From the human T2T-CHM13v2.0 reference genome, Homo sapiens: a DNA stretch of 64,000 nucleotides. Position 1 is the first letter of the stretch. Every line of letters begins with the position of its first letter. The DNA lies in the NCBI RefSeq assembly GCF_009914755.1, contig NC_060933.1; one strand, given 5' to 3'. This document shows positions 13,860 through 27,201 of this stretch, in pieces. A model generated the notes under the pieces. It was not told the origin of the DNA and did no database searches. It saw only the letters and a program-made list of their open reading frames with translations. Made by a program: the position numbers and the translations under genes.

Positions 13860-16800
13860 CATTCCATTCCATTCGATTTCAATCGAGTTGATTCCATTCC
13901 ATTCCTTTCCATTCCATTCCATTCCATTCCATTCCTTTCCATTCCATTACGGATGATTCCATTCCATTGCATTCCATTCCATTCCCCTGTACTCGGGTTG
14001 ATTCCATTCCATTCCATTCCAATCCATGCCATTCCACTCGTGTTGATTCCATTCTTTCCATTCCATTAAAGTTGAATCCATTCCATTGCATTCCATTCCA
14101 TTCGATTCCATTCGATTGCACTCTGGTTGATTCCATTCCATTGCATTCCATTCCATTCCATTTCATTCCATTCCATTCCTTTCCATTCCATTCCATTCCA
14201 TTCCTTTCCATTGCAATCGAGTTGATTCCATTCCCTTCCTTTCCATTCCATTCCATTGCCTTGCATTCCACTCGGGTTGATTCCATTCCCTTCTTTCCAC
14301 TCCATTACATTCCCTTCCAATCCACTCGGAATGATTGATTCCATTCCATTCCATTCCATTTCATTCCATTGCAATCCATTCCAATCCATTCCATTCCATT
14401 CCATTCCACTCGAGTTGATTTCATTCCATTCCTTTCCATTCCATTCCATTCCTTTCCACTCGAGTTGATTCCATTCCATTCCATTCCATTGCATTCCATT
14501 CCATGCCATTCCACTCGGGTTGATTCCATTCCATTCCATTCCATTCCATTCCATTCCATTCCATTCCATTCTATTCCATTGCATTCCATTCCATTCCATT
14601 CCCCTGCACTCGGGTTGATTCCATTCCATTCCATTCCATTCCATTTAATTCCATTCCATTCCATTCCATTCCATTCCAATCCGTTCCATTCCATTCCATT
14701 CCATTCCATTGCAATCGACTTGATTCCATTCCATTCCATTCCATTCCATTCCATTCCATTCCATTCCATTCCATTTTGTTCCAATCCATTCTATTCCGAA
14801 CCATTCCATTCCATTCCATTCCATTCCATTCCATTCCATTCCATTCCATGCCATTCCACTCGGGTTGAATCCATTCCTTTCCATTCCATTCGGGTTGAAT
14901 CCATTCCACTCCATTCCATTCCATTCGAATCCATTCCATTGCACTCGGGTTGATTCCATTCCATTCCATTCCATTCGATTCCATTCCATTCCATTCCATT
15001 CCTTTCCATTGCATTTCATTACATTCAGATTGATTCTATTCAATTCCCTTACACTCCATTATATTCCAATCCATTCTGGTTGTTTCCATTCCATTCCATT
15101 CCTTTTCACTCCATTCCATTGCACTCGGTTTGATTCTATTCCATTCCATTCCATTCCATTCCGGATGATTCCATTCCATTGCATTCCATTCCATTCCATT
15201 CCCCTGCACTCAGGTTGATTCCATTCCATTCCATTCCACTCCATTCGGTTCCGTTCCATTACATTCTATTGCATTCCATTCTATTCGGGTTAATTCCATT
15301 CCATTCTATTCCATTCCATTCCATTCCATTCCATTGCAATGGAGTTGATTTCATTCCATTCCATTCCATTCCGGATGATTCCATTCCATTGTATTCCATT
15401 CCATTCCATTCCCCTGCACTCGTGTTGATTCCATTCCCTTCCATTCTATTCCATTCCGTTCCATTCCATTGCATTCCATTCTATTCTGTTTACTTCCATT
15501 CCATTCCATTCCATTCCATTCCATTCCATTCCGTTCCGTTCCGTTCCATTCCATTCCATTCCATTCTATTCGGGTTAATTCCATTCCATTCCATTCGATT
15601 TCAATCGAGTTGATTCCATTCCATTCCATTCCATTCCATTCCATTCCATTCCATTCCATTCCTTTCCATTCCATTACGGATGATTCCATTCCATTGCATT
15701 CCATTCCATTCCCCTGTACTCGGGTTGATTCCATTCCATTCCATTCCAATCCATGCCATTCCACTCGTGTTGATTCCATTCTTTCCATTCCATTAAAGTT
15801 GAATCCATTCCATTGCATTCCATTCCATTCGATTCCATTCGATTGCACTCGGGTTGATTCCATTCCATTGCATTCCATTCCATTCCATTTCATTCCATTC
15901 CATTCCTTTCCACTCCATTCCATTCAATTCCTTTCCATTGCAATCGAATTTATTCCATTCCATTCCTTTCCATTCCATTCCATTGCCTTGCATTCCACTC
16001 GGGTTCATTCCATTCCCTTCTTTCCACTCCATTACATTCCCTTCCATTCCATTCGGAATGATTGATTCCATTCCATTCCATTCCATTTCATTCCATTGCA
16101 TTCCATTCCAATCCATTCCATTCCATTCCACTCGAGTTGACTTCATTCCATTCCTTTCCATTCCATTCCATTCGATTTCTTTCCACTCGAGTTGATTCCA
16201 TTCCATTCCATTCCATTGCATTCCATTCCATGCCTTTCCACTCGGGTTGATTCCATTCCATTCCATTCCATTCCATTCCATTCCATTCCATTCCATTCCA
16301 TTCCATTCCATTGCATTCCATTCCATTCCATTCCCCTGCACTCGGGATGATTCCATTCCATTCCATTCCATTCCATTTAATTCCATTCCATTCCATTCCA
16401 TTCCATTCCAATCCGTTCCATTCCATTCCATTCCATTGCAATCGACTTGATTCCATTCCATTCCATTCCATTCCATCCCATTCCATTCCATTCAATTTTG
16501 TTCCAATCCATTCTATTCCGAACCATTCCATTCCATTCCATTCCATTCCATTCCATTCCATTCAATGCCATTCCACTCGGGTTGATTCCATTCCTTTCCA
16601 TTCCATTCGGGTTGAATCCATTCCACTCCATTCCATTCCATTCGAATCCATTCCATTGCACTCGGGTTGATTCCATTCCATTCCATTCCATTCGATTCCA
16701 TTCCATTCCATTCCATTCTTTTCCATTGCATTTCATTACATTCAGATTGATTCTATTCAATTCCCTTACACTCCATTATATTCCAATCCATTCTGGTTGT

Positions 16801-17290
16801 TTCCATTCCATTCCATTCCATTTCACTCCATTCCATTGCACTCGGTTTGATTCCATTCCATTCCATTCCATTCCATTCCGGATGATTCCATTCCATTGCA
16901 TTCCATTCCATTCCATTCCCCTGCACTCAGGTTGATTCCATTCCATTCCATTCCACTCCATTCGGTTCCGTTCCATTGCATTCTATTGCATTACATTCTA
17001 TTCGGGTTAATTCCATTCCATTCTATTCCATTCCATTCCATTCCATTCCATTCCATTGCAATGGAGTTGATTTCATTCCATTCCATTCCGGATGATTCCA
17101 TTCCATTGCATTCCATTCCATTCCATTCCCCTGCACTCGTGTTGATTCCATTCCCTTCCATTCCATTCCATTCCGTTCCATTCCATTGCATTCCATTCTA
17201 TTCTGGTTAATTCCATTCCATTCCATTCCATTCCATTCCATTCCAATCCATTCCATTCCATTGCAATCGAGTTGATTCTATTCCATGCCT
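13860..17290 (+). repeat. Diverged ~1.72-kb tandem duplication
   Basis: Shared private variants (cgatttcaatcgag at 13874/15596; cattaaagttg; ccatttaattcc). ORF 13947..14156 is identical to 15674..15883. Offsets run 1717-1727. Confidence 0.85.
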
Positions 17291-17599
17291 TTCCATTCCA
17301 TTCCATTGCCTTGCATTCCAATCGGGTTGATTCCATTCCCTTCTTTCCACTCCATTACATTCCCTTCCATTCCACTCGGAATGATTGATTCCATTCCATT
17401 CCATTCCATTTCATTCCATTGCAATCCATTCCAATCCATTCCATTCCATTCCATTCCACTCGAGTTGATTTCATTCCATTCCTTTCCATTCCATTCCATT
17501 CCTTTCCACTCGAGTTGATTCCATTCCATTCCATTCCATTCCATTCCATTCCATTCCATTCCATTCCGTTGCATTCCATTCCATTACATTCGGATTGAT

Positions 17600-20440
17600 T
17601 CTATTCAACTCCCTTACTCTCCATTACATTCCATTCCATTCGGGTTGTTTCATTCCATTCCATTCCATTCCACTCCATTCCATTGCACTCGGGTTGATTC
17701 CATTCCATTCCATTCCATTCCATTCCATTCCGGATGATTCCATTCCATTGCATTCCGTTCCATTACATTCCCCTGCACTCGCGTTGATTCCATTCCATTC
17801 CACTCCATTCCATTCAATTCCATTCCATTACAATTCGTTCCATTCCATTCTATTCCGTACCATTCCATTCCATTTCATACCATTCCATTCCATTGCATTC
17901 CATTCCATTCCATTCCGTTCCATTCCGTTCCATTCCATTCCATTCGATTCTATTCGGGTTAATTCCATTCCATTCCATTCAATTCCATTCCATTCTATTC
18001 CATTCCATTGCAATCGAGTTGAATCCACTGCATTTCATTCCATTCCATTCCATTCCATTCCATTCCGGAAGATTCCATTCCATTGCATTCCATTCCATTC
18101 CATTCCCCTGCATTCGCGTTGATTCCATTCCATTCCATTCCATTCCATTCCATTCCATTCCGTTCCGTTCCGTTCCGTTCCTTTCCATTCCATTCCATTC
18201 CATTCCATTCCATTCCGTTCCATTCCATTCCATTCCATTCCATTCGGATTGATTCTATTCAATTCCGTTACACTCCATTACATTCCATTTCATTCGGGTA
18301 GTTTCCATTCCATTCCATTCCATTCCTCTCCATTCCATTGCACTCGGGTTGATTCCATTCCATTCCAATCCATTCCATTCCATTCCATTCCGTTCCAATG
18401 TACTCGGGTTGATTCCATTCCATTGCATTCCATTCCATTCCATTCAATTCCATTCCATTCCATTCCATTCCGTTCCATTCCATTACATTCGGATTGATTC
18501 TATTCAACTCCCTTACTCTCCATTACATTCCATTCCATTCGGGTTGTTCCATTCCATTCCATTCCATTCCACTCCATTCCATTGCACTCGGGTTGATTCC
18601 ATTCCATTCCATTCCATTCCATTCCATTCCATTCAATTCCATTCCATTCCGGATGATTCCATTCCATTGCATTCCGTTCCATTACATTCCCCTGCACTCG
18701 GGTTGATTCCATTCCATTCCATTCCATTCCATTCGATTCCATTCAATTCCAATTCATTCCATTCCATTCTATTCCGTACCATTCCATTCCATTCCATACA
18801 ATTCCATTCCATTCCATTCCACTCCGTTCCGTTCCGTTCAGTTCCGTTCCGTTCCGTTCCATTCCATTCCATTCCATTCTATTCGGTTTAATTCCATTCC
18901 ATTCCATTCCATTCCATTCTATTCCATTCCATTGCAATCGAGTTGAATCCATTGCATTCCATTCCATTCCATTCCATTCCATTCCTTTCCATTCCGGAAG
19001 ATTCCATTCCATTGCATTCCATTCCATTCCATTCCGTTCCATTCCATTCCATTCCATTCCATTCCATTGTACTCGGGTTGATTCCATTCCATTGCATTCC
19101 ATTCCATTCCATTCCATTCCATTCCGTTCCATTCCATTCCATTACATTCGGATTGATTCTTTTCAACTCCCTTACTCTCCATTACATTCTATTCCATTCG
19201 GGTTGTTCCATTCCATTCCATTCCATTCCACTCCATTCCATTGCACTCGGGTTGATTCCATTCCATTCCATTCCGGATGATTCCATTCCATTGCATTCCG
19301 TTCCGTTACATTCCCCTGCACTCGCGTTGATTCCATTCCATTCCACTCCATTCCATTCAATTCCATTCCATTACAATTCGTTCCATTCCATTCTATTCCG
19401 TACCATTCCATTCCATTTCATACCATTCCATTCCATTCCATTCCATTCCGTTCCATTCCGTTCCATTCCATTCCATTCGATTCTATTCGGGTTAATTCCA
19501 ATCCATTCCATTCCATTCCATTGCAATCGAGTTGAATCCACTGCATTTCATTCCATTCCATTCCATTCCATTCCATTCCGGAAGATTCCATTCCATTGCA
19601 TTCCATTCCATTCCATTCCCGTGCACTCGTGTTGATTCCATTCCATTCCATTCCATTCCATTCCATTCCATTCCGTTCCGTTCCGTTCCGTTCCTTTCCA
19701 TTCCATTCCATTCCATTCCATTCCATTCCGTTCCATTGCATTCCATTGCATTCCATTCGGATTGATTCTATTCAATTCCCTTACACTCCATTACATTCCA
19801 TTCCATTCGGGTAGTTTCCATTCCATTCCATTCCATTCCTCTCCATTCCATTGCACTCGGGTTGATTCCATTCCATTCCATTCCATTCCATTCCATTCCA
19901 TTCCATTCCATTCCGTTCCATTGTACTCGGGTTGATTCCATTCCATTGCATTCCATTCCATTCCATTCCATTCCATTCCATTCCATTCCATTCCATTCCA
20001 TTCCATTCCGTTCCATTCCATTACATTCGGATTGATTCTATTCAACTCACTTACTCTCCATTACATTCCATTCCATTCGGGTTGTTCCATTCCATTCCAT
20101 TCCATTCCACTCCATTCCATTGCACTCGGGTTGATTCCATTCCATTCCATTCCATTCCATTCCATTCCATTCCATTCAATTCCATTCCATTCCGGATGAT
20201 TCCATTCCATTGCATTCCGTTCCATTACATTCCCCTGCACTCGGGTTGATTCCATTCCATTCCATTCCATTCCATTCGATTCCATTCAATTCCAATTCAT
20301 TCCATTCCATTCTATTCCTTACCATTCCATTCCATTCCATACAATTCCATTCCATTCCATTCCACTCCGTTCCGTTCCGTTCAGTTCTGTTCCATTCCGT
20401 TCCATTCCATTCCATTCCATTCTATTCGGTTTAATTCCAT
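17600..20440 (+). repeat. Diverged ~1.5-kb tandem duplication
   Basis: Near-identical ORF pairs at offsets 1513 (17979/19492, 18035/19548) and 1543 (18633/20176). Shared gaatccactgcatttc and ccatacaattcc variants. Confidence 0.75.
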
Positions 20441-21937
20441 TCCATTCCGTTCCATTCCATTCCATTACATTCGGATTGATTCTTTTCAACTCCCTTACTC
20501 TCCATTACATTCCATTCCATTCGGGTTGTTCCATTCCATTCCATTCCATTCCACTCCATTCCATTGCACTCGGGTTGATTCCATTCCATTCCATTCCATT
20601 CCATTCCGGATGATTCCTTTCCTTTGCATTCCGTTCCATTACATTCCCCTGCACTCGGGTTGATTCCATTACATTCCATTCCATTCCATTCGATTCCATT
20701 CCATTCTCCTGCACTCGCGTTGATTCCATTCCATTCCATTCCATTCCATTCCATTCCATTCCATTCCATTCCATTCCTTTCCATTCCAGTCCTTTCCATT
20801 CCATTCCACTCGGGTTGATTCCATTCTATTAGTTTCCATTCCATTCCATTCCCTTCCATTCCACTCTGGTTGATTCCATTCCTTTCCATTCCACTCGAAT
20901 ACATTCCCTCCTATTCCACTCGGAACGATTCCATTCCATTCCATTCCATTCCATTCCATTTCATTCCATTCCATTCCATTTCGTTCCATTCCATCCTATT
21001 CCGTATCATTCCATTCCATTCCATTCCATTCCATTCCATTCCACTCGTGTGGATTCCATTCCTTTCCATTCCATTCGGTTTGAAGGCATTCCATTCCATT
21101 CCATTCCTTTCCATTCCATTCCATTGTACTCGGGTTGATTCCATTCCATTGCATTCCATTCCATTCCATTCCATTCCATTCCGTTGCATTCCATTCCATT
21201 ACATTCTGATTGATTCTATTCAACTCCCTTACTCTCCATTACATTCCATTCCATTCGGGTTGTTCCATTCCATTCCATTCCATTCCACTCCATTCCATTG
21301 CACTCGGGTTGATTCCATTCCATTCCATTCCATTCCATTCCATTCCGGATGATTCCATTCCATTGCATTCCGTTCCATTACATTCCCCTGCACTCGCGTT
21401 GATTCCATTCCATTCCATTCCATTGAATTCCATTCCATTACAATTCCTTCCATTCCATTCTATTCCGTACCATTCCATTCCATTCCATACCATTCCATTG
21501 CATTCCATTCCATTCCATTCCATTCCATTCCACTCCATTCCAGTCCTTTCCATTCCATTCCAGTCAGGTTGATTCCATTCTATTCCATTCCATTCCATTC
21601 CTTTCCATTGCAATCGAGTTGATTCCATTGCTTTGCATTCCATTCCATTCCATTCCATTCCGGATGATTCCATTCCATTGCATTCCATTCCATTCCATTC
21701 CCCTGCACTCGGGTTGAATCCATTCCATTCGACTCCATTCCGTTCCATTCCATTCCATTCCATTCCATTCCATTCCATTGTATTCGGGTTAATTCCATTC
21801 CATTCCATTCCATTCCATTCCATTCCATTACCATCCAGTTGATTCCATTCCATTCCATTCCATTCCATTCCAGTCCTTTCCATTCCATTCCACTCGGGTT
21901 GATTCCAATCTATTAGTTTCCATTCCATTCCATTCCC

Positions 21938-24900
21938 TTCCATTCCACTCTGGTTGATTCCATTGCTTTCCATTCCACTCGAATACATTCCCTCTTATTC
22001 CACTCCGAACGATTCCATTCCATTCCATTCCATTCCATTCCATTCCGTTCCATTCCATTCCATTACATTCGGATTGATTCTATTCAACTCCCTTACTCTC
22101 CATTACATTCCATTCCATTCGGGTTGTTCCATTCCATTCCATTCCATTCCACTCCATTCCATTGCACTCGGTTTGATTCCATTCCATTCCATTCCATTCC
22201 ATTCCATTCCATTCCATTCCGGATGATTCCATTCCATTACATTCCGTTCCATTACATTCCCCTGCACTCGGGTTGATTCCATTCCATTCCATTCCATTCC
22301 ATTCGATTCCATTCCATTCCAATTCTTTCCATTCCATTCTATTCCGTACCATTCCATTCCATTCCATACAATTCCATTCCATTCCATTCCATTCCGTTCC
22401 GTTCCGTTCCGTTCCGTTCCGTTCCGTTCCGTTCCATTCCATTCCATTCCATTCGGGTTAATTCCATTCCATTCCATTCCATTCCATTCTATTCCATTCC
22501 ATTGCAATCGAGTTGAATCCATTGCATTCCATTCCATTCCATTCCGGAAGATTCCATTGCATTGCCTTCCATTCCATTCCATTCCCCTGGACTCGTGTTG
22601 ATTCCATTCCATTCCATTCCATTCCATTCCATTCCGATCCCTTCCATTCCATTCCATTCCATTCCATTCCATTCCGTTCCGTTCCGTTCCATTCCATTCC
22701 ATTCCATTCTGTGCGGGTTAATTCCATTCCATTCCATTCGATTGCAATCGAGTTGATTCCATTCCATTCCATTCCATTCCATTCCATTCCATTCCATTCC
22801 ATTCCTTTCCATTACATTACGTATGATTCCATTCCATTTCATTCCATTCCATTCCATTCCCCTGTACTCGGGTTGATTCCATTCCATTCCATTCCAATCC
22901 ATGCCATTCCACTCGTGTTGATTCCATTCTTTCCATTCCATTCAAGTTGAATCCATTCCATTGCATTCCATTCCATTCGATTCCATTCGATTGCACTCGG
23001 GTTGATTCCATGGCATTGCATTCCATTCCATTCCATTCCATTCCTTTCCATTCCATTCCATTCCATTCGGATTCATTCTATTCAATTCCCTTACACTCCA
23101 TTACATTCCATTCCATTCAGGTAGTTTTCATTCCATTCCATTCCATTCCTCTCCATTCCATTGCACTCGGGTTGATTCCATTCCATTCCATTCCATTCCA
23201 TTCCATTCCATTCCATTCCATTCCATTCCGGATGATTCCATTCCATTGAATTCCATTCCATTCCATTCCCCTGCACTTGGGTTGATTCCATTCCATTCCA
23301 TTCCATTCCTTTCTGTTCCATTCCATTCCATTCCATTCCATTCTATTCGTGTTAATTCCATTCCATTCTATTCCATTCCATTCCATTGAAATCGAGTTGA
23401 TTCCATTCCATTCCATTCCATTCCATTCCATTCCATTCCATTCCATTCCATTCCATTCCGGATGATTCCATTGCATTGCATTCCATTCCATTCCATTCCC
23501 CTGCACTCTGGTTGATTCCATTCGATTCCATTGCATTACATTCCGTTCCATTCCGTTCCATTTCATTCTATTCGGGTTAATTCCATTCCATTGCATTCCA
23601 GTCCTTTCCATTCCATTCCACTCGGGTTGATTCCATTCTATTCCTTTCCATTCCATTCCATTCCATTGCAATCGATTTGATTCCATTCGAGTTGAATCCA
23701 TTCCATTCCATTCCATTCCGTTGCACACGGGTTCATTCCATTCCATTCCATTCCATTCCATTCCATTCCATTTCATTCCATTCCATTCTATTCCGTACCA
23801 TTCCATTCCATCCCATTCCATTCCGTTCCATTCCATGCCATTACACTCGGGTTGATTCCATTCCTTTCCATTCCATTCTTGTTGAATCCATTCCATTCCA
23901 TTCCATTCCATTCGAATCCATTCCATTGCACTCGGGTTGATTCCATTCCATTCCATTCCATTCCATTTCATTCCATTCCATTCCATTACATTCGGATTGA
24001 TTCTATTCAATTCCCTTACACTCCATTACATTCCATTCCATTCGGGATGTTTCCATTCCATTCCATTCCATTCCACTCCATTCCATTGCATCAGGTTGAT
24101 GGCATTCCATTCCATTCCATTCTATTCCGGATGATTCCATTCCGTTGAATTCCATTCCATTCCGTTCCCCTGCACTCGGGTTGATTCCATTCCATTCCAT
24201 TCCATTCCATTCCATTCCATTCCGTTCCATTCCATTCCATTCCATTCTATTCTGGTTAATTCCATTCCATTACATTCGATTCCATTCCATTCCCTTCCAT
24301 TCCATTGCAATCGAGTTGATTCCATTCCATTCCATTCCATTCCGTTCCGGATGATTCCATTCCATTCCATTCCATTCCATTCCATTCCATTCCCCTGCAG
24401 TCGGGTTGATTCCATTCCATTCCATTCCATTCCATTCCATTCCATTCCATTCCGTTCCGTTCCATTCCATTCCATTCCATTCCATTCTGTGCGGGTTAAT
24501 TCCATTCCATTCCATTCGATTGCAATCGAGTTGATTCCATTCCATTCCATTCCATTCCATTCCATTCCATTCCACTCTGGTTGATTCCATTGCTTTCCAT
24601 TCCACTCGAATACATTCCCTCTTATTCCACTCCGAACGATTCCATTCCATTCCATTCCATTCCATTCCATTCCGTTCCATTCCATTCCATTACATTCGGA
24701 TTGATTCTATTCAACTCCCTTACTCTCCATTACATTCCATTCCATTCGGGTTGTTCCATTCCATTCCATTCCATTCCACTCCATTCCATTGCACTCGGTT
24801 TGATTCCATTCCATTCCATTCCATTCCATTCCATTCCATTCCATTCCGGATGATTCCATTCCATTACATTCCGTTCCATTACATTCCCCTGCACTCGGGT

Positions 24901-27201
24901 TGATTCCATTCCATTCCATTCCATTCCATTCGATTCCATTCCATTCCAATTCTTTCCATTCCATTCTATTCCGTACCATTCCATTCCATTCCATACAATT
25001 CCATTCCATTCCATTCCATTCCGTTCCGTTCCGTTCCGTTCCGTTCCGTTCCGTTCCGTTCCATTCCATTCCATTCCATTCGGGTTAATTCCATTCCATT
25101 CCATTCCATTCCATTCTATTCCATTCCATTGCAATCGAGTTGAATCCATTGCATTCCATTCCATTCCATTCCGGAAGATTCCATTGCATTGCCTTCCATT
25201 CCATTCCATTCCCCTGGACTCGTGTTGATTCCATTCCATTCCATTCCATTCCATTCCATTCCGATCCCTTCCATTCCATTCCATTCCATTCCATTCCATT
25301 CCGTTCCGTTCCGTTCCATTCCATTCCATTCCATTCTGTGCGGGTTAATTCCATTCCATTCCATTCGATTGCAATCGAGTTGATTCCATTCCATTCCATT
25401 CCATTCCATTCCATTCCATTCCATTCCATTCCTTTCCATTACATTACGTATGATTCCATTCCATTTCATTCCATTCCATTCCATTCCCCTGTACTCGGGT
25501 TGATTCCATTCCATTCCATTCCAATCCATGCCATTCCACTCGTGTTGATTCCATTCTTTCCATTCCATTCAAGTTGAATCCATTCCATTGCATTCCATTC
25601 CATTCGATTCCATTCGATTGCACTCGGGTTGATTCCATGGCATTGCATTCCATTCCATTCCATTCCATTCCTTTCCATTCCATTCCATTCCATTCGGATT
25701 CATTCTATTCAATTCCCTTACACTCCATTACATTCCATTCCATTCAGGTAGTTTTCATTCCATTCCATTCCATTCCTCTCCATTCCATTGCACTCGGGTT
25801 GATTCCATTCCATTCCATTCCATTCCATTCCATTCCATTCCATTCCATTCCATTCCGGATGATTCCATTCCATTGAATTCCATTCCATTCCATTCCCCTG
25901 CACTTGGGTTGATTCCATTCCATTCCATTCCATTCCTTTCTGTTCCATTCCATTCCATTCCATTCCATTCTATTCGTGTTAATTCCATTCCATTCTATTC
26001 CATTCCATTCCATTGAAATCGAGTTGATTCCATTCCATTCCATTCCATTCCATTCCATTCCATTCCATTCCATTCCATTCCATTCCGGATGATTCCATTG
26101 CATTGCATTCCATTCCATTCCATTCCCCTGCACTCTGGTTGATTCCATTCGATTCCATTGCATTACATTCCGTTCCATTCCGTTCCATTTCATTCTATTC
26201 GGGTTAATTCCATTCCATTGCATTCCAGTCCTTTCCATTCCATTCCACTCGGGTTGATTCCATTCTATTCCTTTCCATTCCATTCCATTCCATTGCAATC
26301 GATTTGATTCCATTCGAGTTGAATCCATTCCATTCCATTCCATTCCGTTGCACACGGGTTCATTCCATTCCATTCCATTCCATTCCATTCCATTCCATTT
26401 CATTCCATTCCATTCTATTCCGTACCATTCCATTCCATCCCATTCCATTCCGTTCCATTCCATGCCATTACACTCGGGTTGATTCCATTCCTTTCCATTC
26501 CATTCTTGTTGAATCCATTCCATTCCATTCCATTCCATTCGAATCCATTCCATTGCACTCGGGTTGATTCCATTCCATTCCATTCCATTCCATTTCATTC
26601 CATTCCATTCCATTACATTCGGATTGATTCTATTCAATTCCCTTACACTCCATTACATTCCATTCCATTCGGGATGTTTCCATTCCATTCCATTCCATTC
26701 CACTCCATTCCATTGCATCAGGTTGATGGCATTCCATTCCATTCCATTCTATTCCGGATGATTCCATCCCGTTGAATTCCATTCCATTCCGTTCCCCTGC
26801 ACTCGGGTTGATTCCATTCCATTCCATTCCATTCCATTCCATTCCATTCCGTTCCATTCCATTCCATTCCATTCTATTCTGGTTAATTCCATTCCATTAC
26901 ATTCGATTCCATTCCATTCCCTTCCATTCCATTGCAATCGAGTTGATTCCATTCCATTCCATTCCATTCCGTTCCGGATGATTCCATTCCATTCCATTCC
27001 ATTCCATTCCATTCCATTCCCCTGCAGTCGGGTTGATTCCATTCCATTCCATTCCATTCCATTCCATTCCATTCCATTCCGTTCCGTTCCATTCCATTCC
27101 ATTCCATTCCATTCTGTGCGGGTTAATTCCATTCCATTCCATTCGATTGCAATCGAGTTGATTCCATTCCATTCCATTCCATTCCATTCCATTCCATTCC
27201 A
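21938..27201 (+). repeat. Near-exact 2627-bp tandem duplication (2 copies)
   Basis: A long series of ORFs is identical at offset 2627 (21954/24581 through 24256/26883). The only difference I could see is 24141 T versus 26768 C. Confidence 0.94.
22394..22433 (+). repeat. (CCGTT)8 variant-pentamer run (copy at 25021-25060)
   Basis: Eight consecutive CCGTT units replace CCATT. Confidence 0.9.
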
